From an uncultured Thermococci archaeon (GTDB lineage: Archaea; CAYQAE01; CAYVLA01): a DNA stretch of 26,735 nt. The stretch is taken from positions 1 through 26,735 of the forward strand of contig CAZJVP010000041.1 in the NCBI GenBank assembly GCA_964549615.1, written 5' to 3'. The position numbers were made by a program, and so were the translations under genes. Each line of letters opens with the position of its first letter. The first letter of the stretch is position 1. Of the stretch, positions 1-8,305 are shown piece by piece. The notes below the pieces were generated by a model, which was not told the origin of the DNA, did no database searches, and saw only the letters and a program-made list of their open reading frames with translations.

Positions 1-1
1 C

Positions 2-940
2 TTCATGGATTCTCTCGCAGGGGTTGAGGATGGAAGTACCAAGAGGAAGAAGGTCGGCGAGCTCTTCGTCCGCACCTTCGAGGAGGTGGCGAACCGGTAT
101 GGCGTTACCGCCCTCATCCAGGGAACCATAGCGCCTGACGCGATCGAGAGCTCAAGGGGGATGGCATCCAGAGGGAGCGGAGCAGAACACGGTGGCATGA
201 TAAAGCTTCACCACAACGTCGGGGGCCTGCCGGAGCAGATGTGGATCAGGGTGGTCGAGCCCATCAGAGACCTTTTCAAGTACCAGGTGAGGCTTCTTGG
301 TAAGTCCTTGGGCATCCCGGCCGAGCTGCTTGAGAGACAGCCCTTCCCTGGGCCGGGGCTTTGTGTAAGGATCGGCGGAGCCATCGCGCCGGAAACGCTC
401 CGGGTGCTCAGGAGGGCGACGAGCATCGTCGAAAGATCACTCAGTCCATACAAGCCCGGCCAGTTCCTGGTTTATGCCATTCGCCGTCAGGGGAAGGCCC
501 ATGAGGGGGCTGAAAGGATCGCCCGGGATATGCTTGGTGCATCCTACCGCGTCTCCGCGGTCTTGCACCCGAATCTGGGGGTGGGCGTGAAGGGGGATGA
601 AAGGGTGCTCGGCGGGATCGTCTCGTTGCGCATCGAGAAAGATGGCAGGCTCTCATGCGACCGCGTCCCATGGCTGGACATCCTCAGACTGCAAAGCGCA
701 ATCACGGGAGGCCTGCGCGAGGTTTGCAGGGTCCTCTTGGCCCTCAGAGAGAGGCCAAGAGGGAGAATGGCGGCGGTGATCCGGTCGGTGGAAACCAGAG
801 ACTTCATGACCGCGATGCCCTCCCAGATCCCCTTCGATAGGCTCCTCGCCACCGCGGATGAGCTTCTCGGACTACCCTCCATCGGGGCCGTCTTCTATGA
901 GATCACGACAAAGCCATCCTCGACCATAGAATTGGAGTAG
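2..940 (+). CDS. guaA: GMP synthase, ATP-pyrophosphatase plus C-terminal domain (5'-truncated by window edge)
   Basis: LIQGTIAPDAIES, IKLHHNVGGLP, EPIRDLFKYQVR, RQPFPGPGL, VGVKGDER, ETRDFMTA and terminal YEITTKPSSTIELE. The frame is open to the left edge. Confidence 0.95.
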   Translation, partial: FMDSLAGVEDGSTKRKKVGELFVRTFEEVANRYGVTALIQGTIAPDAIESSRGMASRGSGAEHGGMIKLHHNVGGLPEQMWIRVVEPIRDLFKYQVRLLGKSLGIPAELLERQPFPGPGLCVRIGGAIAPETLRVLRRATSIVERSLSPYKPGQFLVYAIRRQGKAHEGAERIARDMLGASYRVSAVLHPNLGVGVKGDERVLGGIVSLRIEKDGRLSCDRVPWLDILRLQSAITGGLREVCRVLLALRERPRGRMAAVIRSVETRDFMTAMPSQIPFDRLLATADELLGLPSIGAVFYEITTKPSSTIELE

Positions 941-1107
941 GCCCTTTCGAGACCCGCACGTCCGGGTGGAAGAAGATGGCGTCAAAATCCAAGACGAACG
1001 GCCCGCATCAGAGTCTGAGGGGGTCAAGGACTCGCGCCGCCGAGATCCCGCCAGCCTGCCGGTGCGGAGCAGGCCGCGCGCCTCTTGCTCTCCAGCCCAC
1101 CGACGGC

Positions 1108-1278
1108 CTATCTCCTCCCCTTCGGCCGTTCCCAACCCTTGATCTCAGCATCCCGGATTTCCTTCTCCTTCTCGGCGCTGACGAACTTGAACCTCACTAC
1201 GGATCCACACTTGGGACAACGGTCCTTGAGCGGGTCCACCTTCACATGGCACTTAAAGCAGTACGGGATTGCCACCAT
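1108..1278 (-). CDS. Small zinc-ribbon (CxxC...CPxCG) protein, 56 aa, absent from the ORF track
   Basis: Manual translation: MVAIPYCFKCHVKVDPLKDRCPKCGSVVRFKFVSAEKEKEIRDAEIKGWERPKGRR*. ATG at 1278, TAG at 1110-1108, and a promoter-like element 40 nt upstream. Confidence 0.8.
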   Translation of the reverse strand: MVAIPYCFKCHVKVDPLKDRCPKCGSVVRFKFVSAEKEKEIRDAEIKGWERPKGRR

Positions 1279-1313
1279 AGGGAATCATCCCGCACCGCAT
1301 TACGGGGGAGAGA

Positions 1314-1326
1314 GATAATGCTTTCG
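1314..1326 (-). promoter_or_regulatory. Putative archaeal BRE/TATA promoter (CGAAAGCATTATC) of the zinc-ribbon gene
   Basis: Purine-rich BRE-like run followed by TTATC 40 nt before the ATG; the same geometry occurs before glnA and the disulfide reductase. Confidence 0.5.
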
Positions 1327-1870
1327 TTCGCTGGAGCCGCACACCAGGATAGGTTGATCTCAAGGCCTCTTGACCCGCCGCACTGTCGGTCGGGGCGTTG
1401 GGAATGTTGTCGCGGTAATCGGCTCACGCCCACCTACATGCCGCGACAAACGTCGGGATCCGAGGGGCTCGATGGGCCTCACCGGGTTGGGCTAGAAGAC
1501 TCTGGGCAAGCACGAGCGAAGAACAGGCAATATTTCTACCGACGCAGAATCTGGAAAACTGTAAGACGCGTGATTACCCCCGGTGGGCCCAGCTGGAGAT
1601 GATCCGAAAGGGAGGGGCGCACGGCTATATGCAGCTATGTGGTCCGAAGAACGCACCGAAATCGGACCTGTCGCCCGGGGGTCTCTGCCCCACGGCCCGG
1701 TTGTCTAACCAGTGCGACCCGTACCCCCCAGGATCGGGGAAAGGGCTCGACATATGCCTCCGGCCTTCCGCAACATCCGCCCATAGACGCAAAGGGCGCA
1801 GGCGAAAGTCCAATATCGAGGCCGCGCCACGAAGGTTTCCCCTCGAGGTTCAGGGGGAAGCCGAAGAAAG

Positions 1871-2824
1871 GTGACGGGCTTGGGTAACGCTGGTAGATGG
1901 CCAAGGCCGAGGGTTATCGTCAGCAGATGCCTAGGGTTTGCTAGCTGCAGGTATGACGCAACCACCGTTGACTGTCCGTCGGTCGCCCAGCTGAGGCCAT
2001 TCGCTGACCTGATCCCCGTCTGCCCCGAGGCCGGGGCGGGGCTTGGAGTTCCACGCGAGCCGATCAAGTTGCTGCTGTCCCACGATGGGATTCGAATGGT
2101 GGAGCCCCGGACCGGCAGGGATCGTACCCGTGAGGTCTACCGCTTCTCGGCCATGTTCATCGCCAGCCTGGACAACGTTGACGGTCTCATCCTCAAGAGC
2201 CGCTCACCGTCCTGCGCGGTCAAGGACGCCAGGCTGTACCGGGACTCGACTGATCGCGCGGAGGTGGGTCGCGGCCCTGGCCTTTTCGCCAGGATGGCTA
2301 TGGCGGCATTCCCGTGCGCTGCCGTAACGGACGAGGTCGGACTTGCCGACCCCTCGGTCCGTGAGGAATTCCTTACAAAGCTCTTCACCATCGCAAGGTT
2401 CAGGGCCGTCAAAATTGCAGGAGGCGCTGGTGATCTTCGGAGATTCCATGTCGAAAATCGGCTGCTGCTGATGGCCCGCAACCGGAGGCAGACTGAAGAT
2501 CTCGACAGGCTCTTGACTTGCGGCGAAGCCATGCCATCAGCAGATCTGATCTGCGAGTACGAGCACGGCCTACTCAGGGCGTTCCGCCGGCCTGCAAGAC
2601 CTGCATCAGCCTTGAAGGTCCTGATGCAGATCGTCGAGCAGCTGGGTCGAATTTTCCCCGGCGAAAGGCCGCGTTTGCTAGAGACTCTGGAAGACCCCGG
2701 CAAGGGAAAAGTCGGCCTGGCTATCCCGAGGGAGATTGTCAGGCGTTGGGCAGCCGGATTCGAGGATGACGACCAGGCTCGAAGAACCTATCTCGAACCA
2801 TATCCCCACGAGCTTGTGCAATAA
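1871..2824 (+). CDS. DUF523 (YbbK / thiouracil desulfidase-like) - DUF1722 (YbgA) fusion protein
   Basis: VSRCLGFASCRYD, PVCPEAGAGLGVPREP and LKSRSPSC Cys motifs; C-terminal FH..N.LLLMA and TYLEPYPHEL. Confidence 0.9.
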   Translation: MTGLGNAGRWPRPRVIVSRCLGFASCRYDATTVDCPSVAQLRPFADLIPVCPEAGAGLGVPREPIKLLLSHDGIRMVEPRTGRDRTREVYRFSAMFIASLDNVDGLILKSRSPSCAVKDARLYRDSTDRAEVGRGPGLFARMAMAAFPCAAVTDEVGLADPSVREEFLTKLFTIARFRAVKIAGGAGDLRRFHVENRLLLMARNRRQTEDLDRLLTCGEAMPSADLICEYEHGLLRAFRRPARPASALKVLMQIVEQLGRIFPGERPRLLETLEDPGKGKVGLAIPREIVRRWAAGFEDDDQARRTYLEPYPHELVQ

Positions 2825-2898
2825 GGTCTTGCGGGCGGCGTACCCGGCCTAGGAGCTTCCCGCGCACGGGCTATGGCAAGATCAAGCACCCTGTGCCG

Positions 2899-3714
2899 CT
2901 ATAGATAGGTTCGGCCTTCGAAGGACAGGGCGGCGGGGCCTCGGATCACGGTCTGCCTCCGGAGAACCACTTCGAGGGAGCCCCCGGGCATCTGAACCCG
3001 CCACTCAGCTTGGGACGGCTCCATCTGGCGGGCCGCCACGGCAGCGGCGATGGCCCCGGACCCACATGCCAAGGTCTCGCACGCGCCACGCTCGTGCACC
3101 CTCATCCTCAGGTTGCCGCTGGAGATCCTGTTGACGAACTCCGCATTGATCCCGCCGGGTTTGAAGTCGTCGTGGTGTTCGAGCGCATGCCCTATGCCCT
3201 CCACATCGATCGATGAGACATTCCGGTTCACGAAGGTCACGGCGTGTGGATTGCCGACGTTCACCAGATGGTAGACCAGCGCCCTCCCACCGGCCGTGAT
3301 GCGTCTTCGTCCCTCGTATCTTGGCCTGATGTCGGTCACTGCTTCGACGGTTGCCTCCAGCTCGTTTCTGGGTTCAATGATCTTGGTTCTCACGATCCCG
3401 GCAGGAGTCGCTATATCGATCTTGTCGGGCCGACCCGGGTCCAGCCTCAGATGCAGGGCAAGTGAGACGCATCGTATGCCGTTTATGCACATCTCGGCCT
3501 CTGAGCCGTCCGCGTTGAATATCCGCAAGGACACGCCCTTGTCACGGGGACCTACGAACAGGACGCCGTCAGCGCCGACCCCTGTGTGCCTGTCGCAGCA
3601 CCTCAACGCGAAGTCCGACTTTTCGGCTTCGTCCACTTGCTCCCCGGCCCTCTCGTCGATAAGGATGAAGTCGTTGCCCAAACCATGCACCTTCAAGAAG
3701 TCGACACCGACCAT
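2899..3714 (-). CDS. dapF: Diaminopimelate epimerase
   Basis: KVHGLGNDF, GVGADG, NADGSEAEMCINGIRC, VGNPHAV and ERGACETLACGSGA; both catalytic Cys are present. Confidence 0.95.
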   Translation of the reverse strand: MVGVDFLKVHGLGNDFILIDERAGEQVDEAEKSDFALRCCDRHTGVGADGVLFVGPRDKGVSLRIFNADGSEAEMCINGIRCVSLALHLRLDPGRPDKIDIATPAGIVRTKIIEPRNELEATVEAVTDIRPRYEGRRRITAGGRALVYHLVNVGNPHAVTFVNRNVSSIDVEGIGHALEHHDDFKPGGINAEFVNRISSGNLRMRVHERGACETLACGSGAIAAAVAARQMEPSQAEWRVQMPGGSLEVVLRRQTVIRGPAALSFEGRTYL

Positions 3715-3723
3715 AGTTGGCCC

Positions 3724-4890
3724 CTAGAACTCAAGATTTTCTATGCGGGAGCAGGCTTCCCTGGTCCGACGCAAGCTCGGCACCAGTGCGAAGCGGACGA
3801 ACAGGTCCCCTGCCGTTGTGGCCTGCGAGAGTGCCGTGCCGGGAACGGTGTTGATGTGGGCGTTGGACAACAGGTGCTGAGAGAAACGTACCGAGTCGTA
3901 GCCCTCCGGTGTCCGAGCCCAGACATAGAAGGTCGCTTCGGCATACACCGATTCAAGCCCGATCGACTTCAGGCTTCGAACTAGGGCATCGCGCTTCTCC
4001 CTGTACTGTTGCCTCAATCGCGTGACATGAGCCTCGTCCGACAACGCCGCAACGGCGGCATCCTGAATGAACGTAGGTACGCCTGAGTGAACCTGTGTCT
4101 GCACCTTCTTGAAGGGCGAAAGGAGATCCTTCCTTCCGGCTACGAACCCTATCCTGTAGCCCGTCATGCTGCTTCTCTTGGAGAGGGAGTTGAACACAAG
4201 GGATACCTCGTCAGCGCCCTGGACCGTCAAAACGGAGGTCGGCCTCTCGTCAAAGAAGATCTCGGAGTAGGCTTCGTCGGAGGCGAGGAGAATGTGGTGG
4301 TCGGCACAGAAGTCCACCGCTTCTTTTAGGAATTGCCGGGTGGCGATCTTCGTCGTCGGGTTGTTTGGGTAGTTAATCCATAGGAGTTTTGCCTTCTTCA
4401 GCTCGGACGATGGCACGGCCGATAGATCGGGAAGAAACGATCTCCCCTCCTCTAGCGCCAAGTACAAGCACCTGCCCTGCCTTGCCATTGTGCCAGCGGT
4501 GTAGGGAGGATAGCCAGGGTCGGGGACGAGCACGACGTCCCCGGGGTCAACGTAGGCGAGAGGCAGGGTGAAAATGGCCTCTTTGGAACCGAGGGTGGCA
4601 GTGAGCTCCTCGTTTGGATCTAGGGAAACGCCGAACCTTCGCTTGAACCACCGCGCCACCGCAGATCTGAATTCCCATGAACCCTGGTAGCTGGGGTAGC
4701 CCGAACACGCCCTCTTTTCGACGGCCTTCTTGCATGCCGATCTCACGATATTCGGCGTCGGTGAGGCAGGGTCGCCCACCCCGAAGTCGATGATATCAAT
4801 TCCCCTGCGCTCAAGTTCGTCTTTCGCTTTGTCGATCTCGGCGAATGCATACGGACGCATCTCTTTGATGAAGCTGCTCGGAGCTATCAA
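3724..4890 (-). CDS. dapL: PLP-dependent class I aminotransferase, probable LL-diaminopimelate aminotransferase
   Basis: DFGVGDP, GSKEAI, PDPGYPPY, NYPNNPT, DEAYSE and SLSKRSSMTGYRIG; adjacent to dapF. Start moved to TTG 4890 because the track start overlaps the upstream gene. Confidence 0.8.
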   Translation of the reverse strand: MIAPSSFIKEMRPYAFAEIDKAKDELERRGIDIIDFGVGDPASPTPNIVRSACKKAVEKRACSGYPSYQGSWEFRSAVARWFKRRFGVSLDPNEELTATLGSKEAIFTLPLAYVDPGDVVLVPDPGYPPYTAGTMARQGRCLYLALEEGRSFLPDLSAVPSSELKKAKLLWINYPNNPTTKIATRQFLKEAVDFCADHHILLASDEAYSEIFFDERPTSVLTVQGADEVSLVFNSLSKRSSMTGYRIGFVAGRKDLLSPFKKVQTQVHSGVPTFIQDAAVAALSDEAHVTRLRQQYREKRDALVRSLKSIGLESVYAEATFYVWARTPEGYDSVRFSQHLLSNAHINTVPGTALSQATTAGDLFVRFALVPSLRRTREACSRIENLEF

Positions 4891-4903
4891 CGCAACCCAC
4901 AAC

Positions 4904-5686
4904 CTATGCGTAGAGGCTTGAGTAAGGACGCCTCCCTTTGGGAACAACCTTGGTGAACTGGTTTGCCGCGATTTCCTCGGACAGCCCAAACATCTGCCCA
5001 AACTTCTCAATCTGAGCCTTCAGGTACGTCAGGTCCGGCGACTGGAGAGGTGCGACCTCTGCGCCCTCGCCCAGTTGCTCACGGGCAAAGGCGCCGCGTA
5101 TGTAGATGGTTCCGCCATGGATGCCGGTACCGATGAAGGACATCCTGTGTTTCCGATTGCCCAAACCCAACACAACCACCCTACCGCCAGCCATGTACTC
5201 GCCGAGGAAATCCCGGGCAGTCCCGCCTATCACGATTGAGGGAAAGGTCCGCCCGTATTCCTTCATGTGGAGGGCGGCCCTGTACCCGGCATCATCCCTG
5301 ACCAGGATGGAGCCTGCGACCATCGACATTCCCAGAACGTCCCCGACCCTTCCCTCAACGATTATCTCGCCTCCATGCATGGTGTTCCCCACTCCGTCCT
5401 GGGCATTCCCATGAACGAGAATAACATGCCCATCCATGAAGGCTCCGAGATCGTTGCCGGGGGTTCCAAATATCTCGATGCTGACCGGGGGAAGTCCGTT
5501 CAGCCTCGTTCCTATGTACCTCTGCCCGTATACGCGCCGGAGGACTATCCTCCTTACCCCTTTGTCGGCGGCAAGCTTGATTCTTTCGTTTAGCTCCTTG
5601 AAAGAGGATCCAAGGGCGTCGATCTCTGCATCGGGGAAGTCGTACGATGCCCTAATGTCTCCGAGGATGATCGAGTTTGCCATCAC
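4904..5686 (-). CDS. Glutamate synthase GXGXG beta-helix subunit (GltB domain 3)
   Basis: GQRYIG, GTPGNDLGAFMDG, GNAQDGVGNTMHGG and FLGEYMAGG; its start overlaps the upstream stop codon (GTGATG). Confidence 0.92.
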   Translation of the reverse strand: MMANSIILGDIRASYDFPDAEIDALGSSFKELNERIKLAADKGVRRIVLRRVYGQRYIGTRLNGLPPVSIEIFGTPGNDLGAFMDGHVILVHGNAQDGVGNTMHGGEIIVEGRVGDVLGMSMVAGSILVRDDAGYRAALHMKEYGRTFPSIVIGGTARDFLGEYMAGGRVVVLGLGNRKHRMSFIGTGIHGGTIYIRGAFAREQLGEGAEVAPLQSPDLTYLKAQIEKFGQMFGLSEEIAANQFTKVVPKGRRPYSSLYA

Positions 5687-7224
5687 TGTCCAGCTCCCTT
5701 CACCCCGAGGACCTCAAGCTCCCAGTCGGAGAGCCCCACGCCGCGGAGGTGTTCTCGATTGCCCCTGAGGCTCTCGATGGCGTTGATCCCCATCCCGCCG
5801 AGCATCTCTTTGATCTCCAAGGACCAAGCACACAGAAGGCCGATCAGGCGCCTGGACACTATGTCGGGGTTTATCCTCTTGGATAGGTAGGGATCGGTGG
5901 TGCAGATCCCCCAGTTGCAGATCCCCGTGTGGCATTTCTGGCACAGGGTGCACCCCATTGCAACCAGGGCCGCCGTCCCAATGTACACGGCATCGGCGCC
6001 GAGGGCTATCGCTTTGACGACATCCGCGCTGCACCTGAAGCCCCCAGCCACCACCAAGGAACACTGGTTCCTTATTCCTTCTGCCCTGAGCCTTGAGTCC
6101 ACCGAGGCGAGGGCCATCTCGATGGGCACGCCAACGTTGTCCCTTATGACCTTCGGCGCGGCGCCCGTGCCGCCACGGATGCCGTCTATGGCAACCACGT
6201 CTGCTCCCGCCCTGACTATCCCGCTGGCGATCGCAGCGGCGTTGTTCACCGCGGCAATCTTGACGGACACCGGCTTTTCGTAGTCGGTAGCCTCCTTGAG
6301 CGCATATATCAGCGTCCTGAGGTCCTCGATGGAGTAGATGTCGTGCTGCGGGGCGGGTGAGAGCGCGTCCGTCCCAACCGGGATTTTCCTAGCGGCCGAT
6401 ATGCTCTTGGATACCTTCTCGCCGGGAAGATGGCCCCCGATGCCGGGTTTGGCTCCTTGGCCTATCTTAATCTCCACCATGGCCGAGCAGCGGAGGTAGC
6501 CGGGGTCGACCCCGAACCTCCCGGATGCGCACTGCACTACGGCATTGTCGGCAAACTTCCTCAGGCCCCTGGGCAGACCGCCCTCTCCCGAGTTGAAGAG
6601 CGTTCCGACGGCCTTGGCCGCCCGGGCTAGGGACTCCTGTGCCTGAGCGCTGACGGCGCCATAGCTTAGCGCGGAGAACATGACGGGCAGCTCGATCCGG
6701 ACCTGCGGGTCGCCGTTGACGGGCTGCCCATCAACGATCTCCAGTCTCCTTGGCTTGCGCCCCAAGAACGTCCTCAGTTCCATCGGCTCCCTCAAGGGAT
6801 CGATGGACGGGTTCGTCACCTGCGAAGCATCCAGCACAAGGTGGTCCCAGTAAACTCTCATCGGCTTATCGTTTCCGCACCCCGTCAGCAGCACACCTCC
6901 CGACTCGGCCTGGCGTTTTAGGTCCGTGATCCTCTCTCGCGTCCAATAGAAGTTTGGTGCATACGAGTACGGATTGAGCCCGACCGTTATTGCGCCCGTG
7001 GGGCACAGAACGGCGCATCTCTGGCAACCGGCGCACTTGCTCTGATCGGAGATCATCCTATCGGCTACTTCGTCGTAGGTGTGAACCCCGAATCCGCACT
7101 GGCGGGCGCACACCTTGCACCTTATGCATCTGTCCTCGTCGCGTTGAACCTTAAACTCCGGCAGCAGCTGAGTCGCCAGCGTTCTCTCAGGCCCCCTCCT
7201 CCTCGTAGCATATGCCCTGTCCAA
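5683..7224 (-). CDS. gltB: Archaeal-type glutamate synthase FMN-binding subunit with N-terminal 2x[4Fe-4S] ferredoxin
   Basis: CIRCKVCARQC and CAGCQRCAVLCP, QVTNPSIDPLRE, SGEGG, EIKIGQGAKPGIGGHLPGEKV, HDIYSIEDL and CTLCQKCHTGIC. The true start may be CTG 7179. Confidence 0.95.
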   Translation of the reverse strand: MDRAYATRRRGPERTLATQLLPEFKVQRDEDRCIRCKVCARQCGFGVHTYDEVADRMISDQSKCAGCQRCAVLCPTGAITVGLNPYSYAPNFYWTRERITDLKRQAESGGVLLTGCGNDKPMRVYWDHLVLDASQVTNPSIDPLREPMELRTFLGRKPRRLEIVDGQPVNGDPQVRIELPVMFSALSYGAVSAQAQESLARAAKAVGTLFNSGEGGLPRGLRKFADNAVVQCASGRFGVDPGYLRCSAMVEIKIGQGAKPGIGGHLPGEKVSKSISAARKIPVGTDALSPAPQHDIYSIEDLRTLIYALKEATDYEKPVSVKIAAVNNAAAIASGIVRAGADVVAIDGIRGGTGAAPKVIRDNVGVPIEMALASVDSRLRAEGIRNQCSLVVAGGFRCSADVVKAIALGADAVYIGTAALVAMGCTLCQKCHTGICNWGICTTDPYLSKRINPDIVSRRLIGLLCAWSLEIKEMLGGMGINAIESLRGNREHLRGVGLSDWELEVLGVKGAGQ

Positions 7225-8305
7225 CCCGGCCGATCACCGGGACGCCGCCTAGAGGCGACCAGACGCGTTCAAGATCCCCGTCCACTAGCCTAATGGGGGC
7301 CTCTTCCGAGGCAAGATAGAGCCTGCCGTTGCCCGTCGCGGCTGTCAGAGGCCTCAGCTTGATCCTGTCCGTCAACCCGATCATCTCGCCTTCGCGGCCG
7401 ATTATCACGGAGAAGGGTCCGTTCAGGAGAAGTCCGGAGTAGCTGATCCTGAGGGAAGAGTAGAGCGCTTTCTTGGACTCGGGCATTCCGTCGATCTTCA
7501 CCCAAACGGGCGGAGCGAGCACCTTACACGCCATCTCGACGCCAAGGCCGTGGCGCCTGACAAGCAGATCGATGGCGTAGGCCACGACCTCGGTATCCGT
7601 GAAGAAGTTGCACCGGTATCCGTAGTCCTCCACGAACCTCTTGTTGGCGCCGTAGCTCGATAACTCCCCGTTGTGCACGACCGCCCAGTCAAGAAAGCTG
7701 AATGGATGAGCCCCTCCCCACCATGCCTGCGTATTTGTCGGGAAACGCCCATGGGCAAGCCATATGTACCCCCGGTACTCATCAAGCACGTAGAACTTGG
7801 CGATATCCTCGGGAAAGCCAACACCCTTGAAGACCCCCATGTTCTTGGCGCTCGAGAACACGTACGCGTCCTTCACCGTGGTGTTGATGCGGGTGACCTC
7901 CCTGGCCACCAGCTCCTGGAATCGCACTCCATCCTCCGAAGGAGGCCTGACGAAGTATCGCCAGAGCATCGGGCCGTTCGTCACGCCGTCCTGTGGGTTG
8001 GTGGGGATCTCCTCAGCGTGCACAACATCAAAGTTCCTGGCAAGCTCGGCCTCGGCGAGCTCCTTTCCGTGCGCGGACTCGTACATCACGTGGAAAGCAT
8101 AGTCCTTGGGACGGCTTGGATAAAGTCCATATATCGCAAAGCCAGCTCCCAGGCCATTTGACCTTTCCCTCATGTTGGACATGGCCTCAAACACGGGTTG
8201 CCCTTCGACGCAGCGCCCCCGCAAATCCATCATTCCGAATATGGAGCAGCTCCCGATGACCTTGTCATCGCGGTAGGGATTGCTGCGTTTCTCAAGGTCC
8301 AACAA
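7187..8305 (-). CDS. Glutamate synthase class II glutamine amidotransferase subunit (GltB domain 1)
   Basis: GSCSIFG (Ntn Cys), ERSNGLGAG, AHGRFPTNT, AHPF, VHNGELS and TDTEV; GGAGGGAGG lies 9 nt before TTG 8305. Confidence 0.92.
   Translation of the reverse strand: MLDLEKRSNPYRDDKVIGSCSIFGMMDLRGRCVEGQPVFEAMSNMRERSNGLGAGFAIYGLYPSRPKDYAFHVMYESAHGKELAEAELARNFDVVHAEEIPTNPQDGVTNGPMLWRYFVRPPSEDGVRFQELVAREVTRINTTVKDAYVFSSAKNMGVFKGVGFPEDIAKFYVLDEYRGYIWLAHGRFPTNTQAWWGGAHPFSFLDWAVVHNGELSSYGANKRFVEDYGYRCNFFTDTEVVAYAIDLLVRRHGLGVEMACKVLAPPVWVKIDGMPESKKALYSSLRISYSGLLLNGPFSVIIGREGEMIGLTDRIKLRPLTAATGNGRLYLASEEAPIRLVDGDLERVWSPLGGVPVIGRVGQGICYEEEGA

Noticed and set aside
976-1602. 208-aa plus-strand ORF
   Set aside because: Low-complexity Arg/Pro/Ser sequence that is antisense to the more convincing zinc-ribbon gene.
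1755-1812. c-di-GMP-I riboswitch or RNase P RNA (GACGCAAAG, GCCTCCGGCCT, GAAAGTCC fragments)
   Set aside because: The fragments are in the wrong order and the remaining conserved elements are missing.
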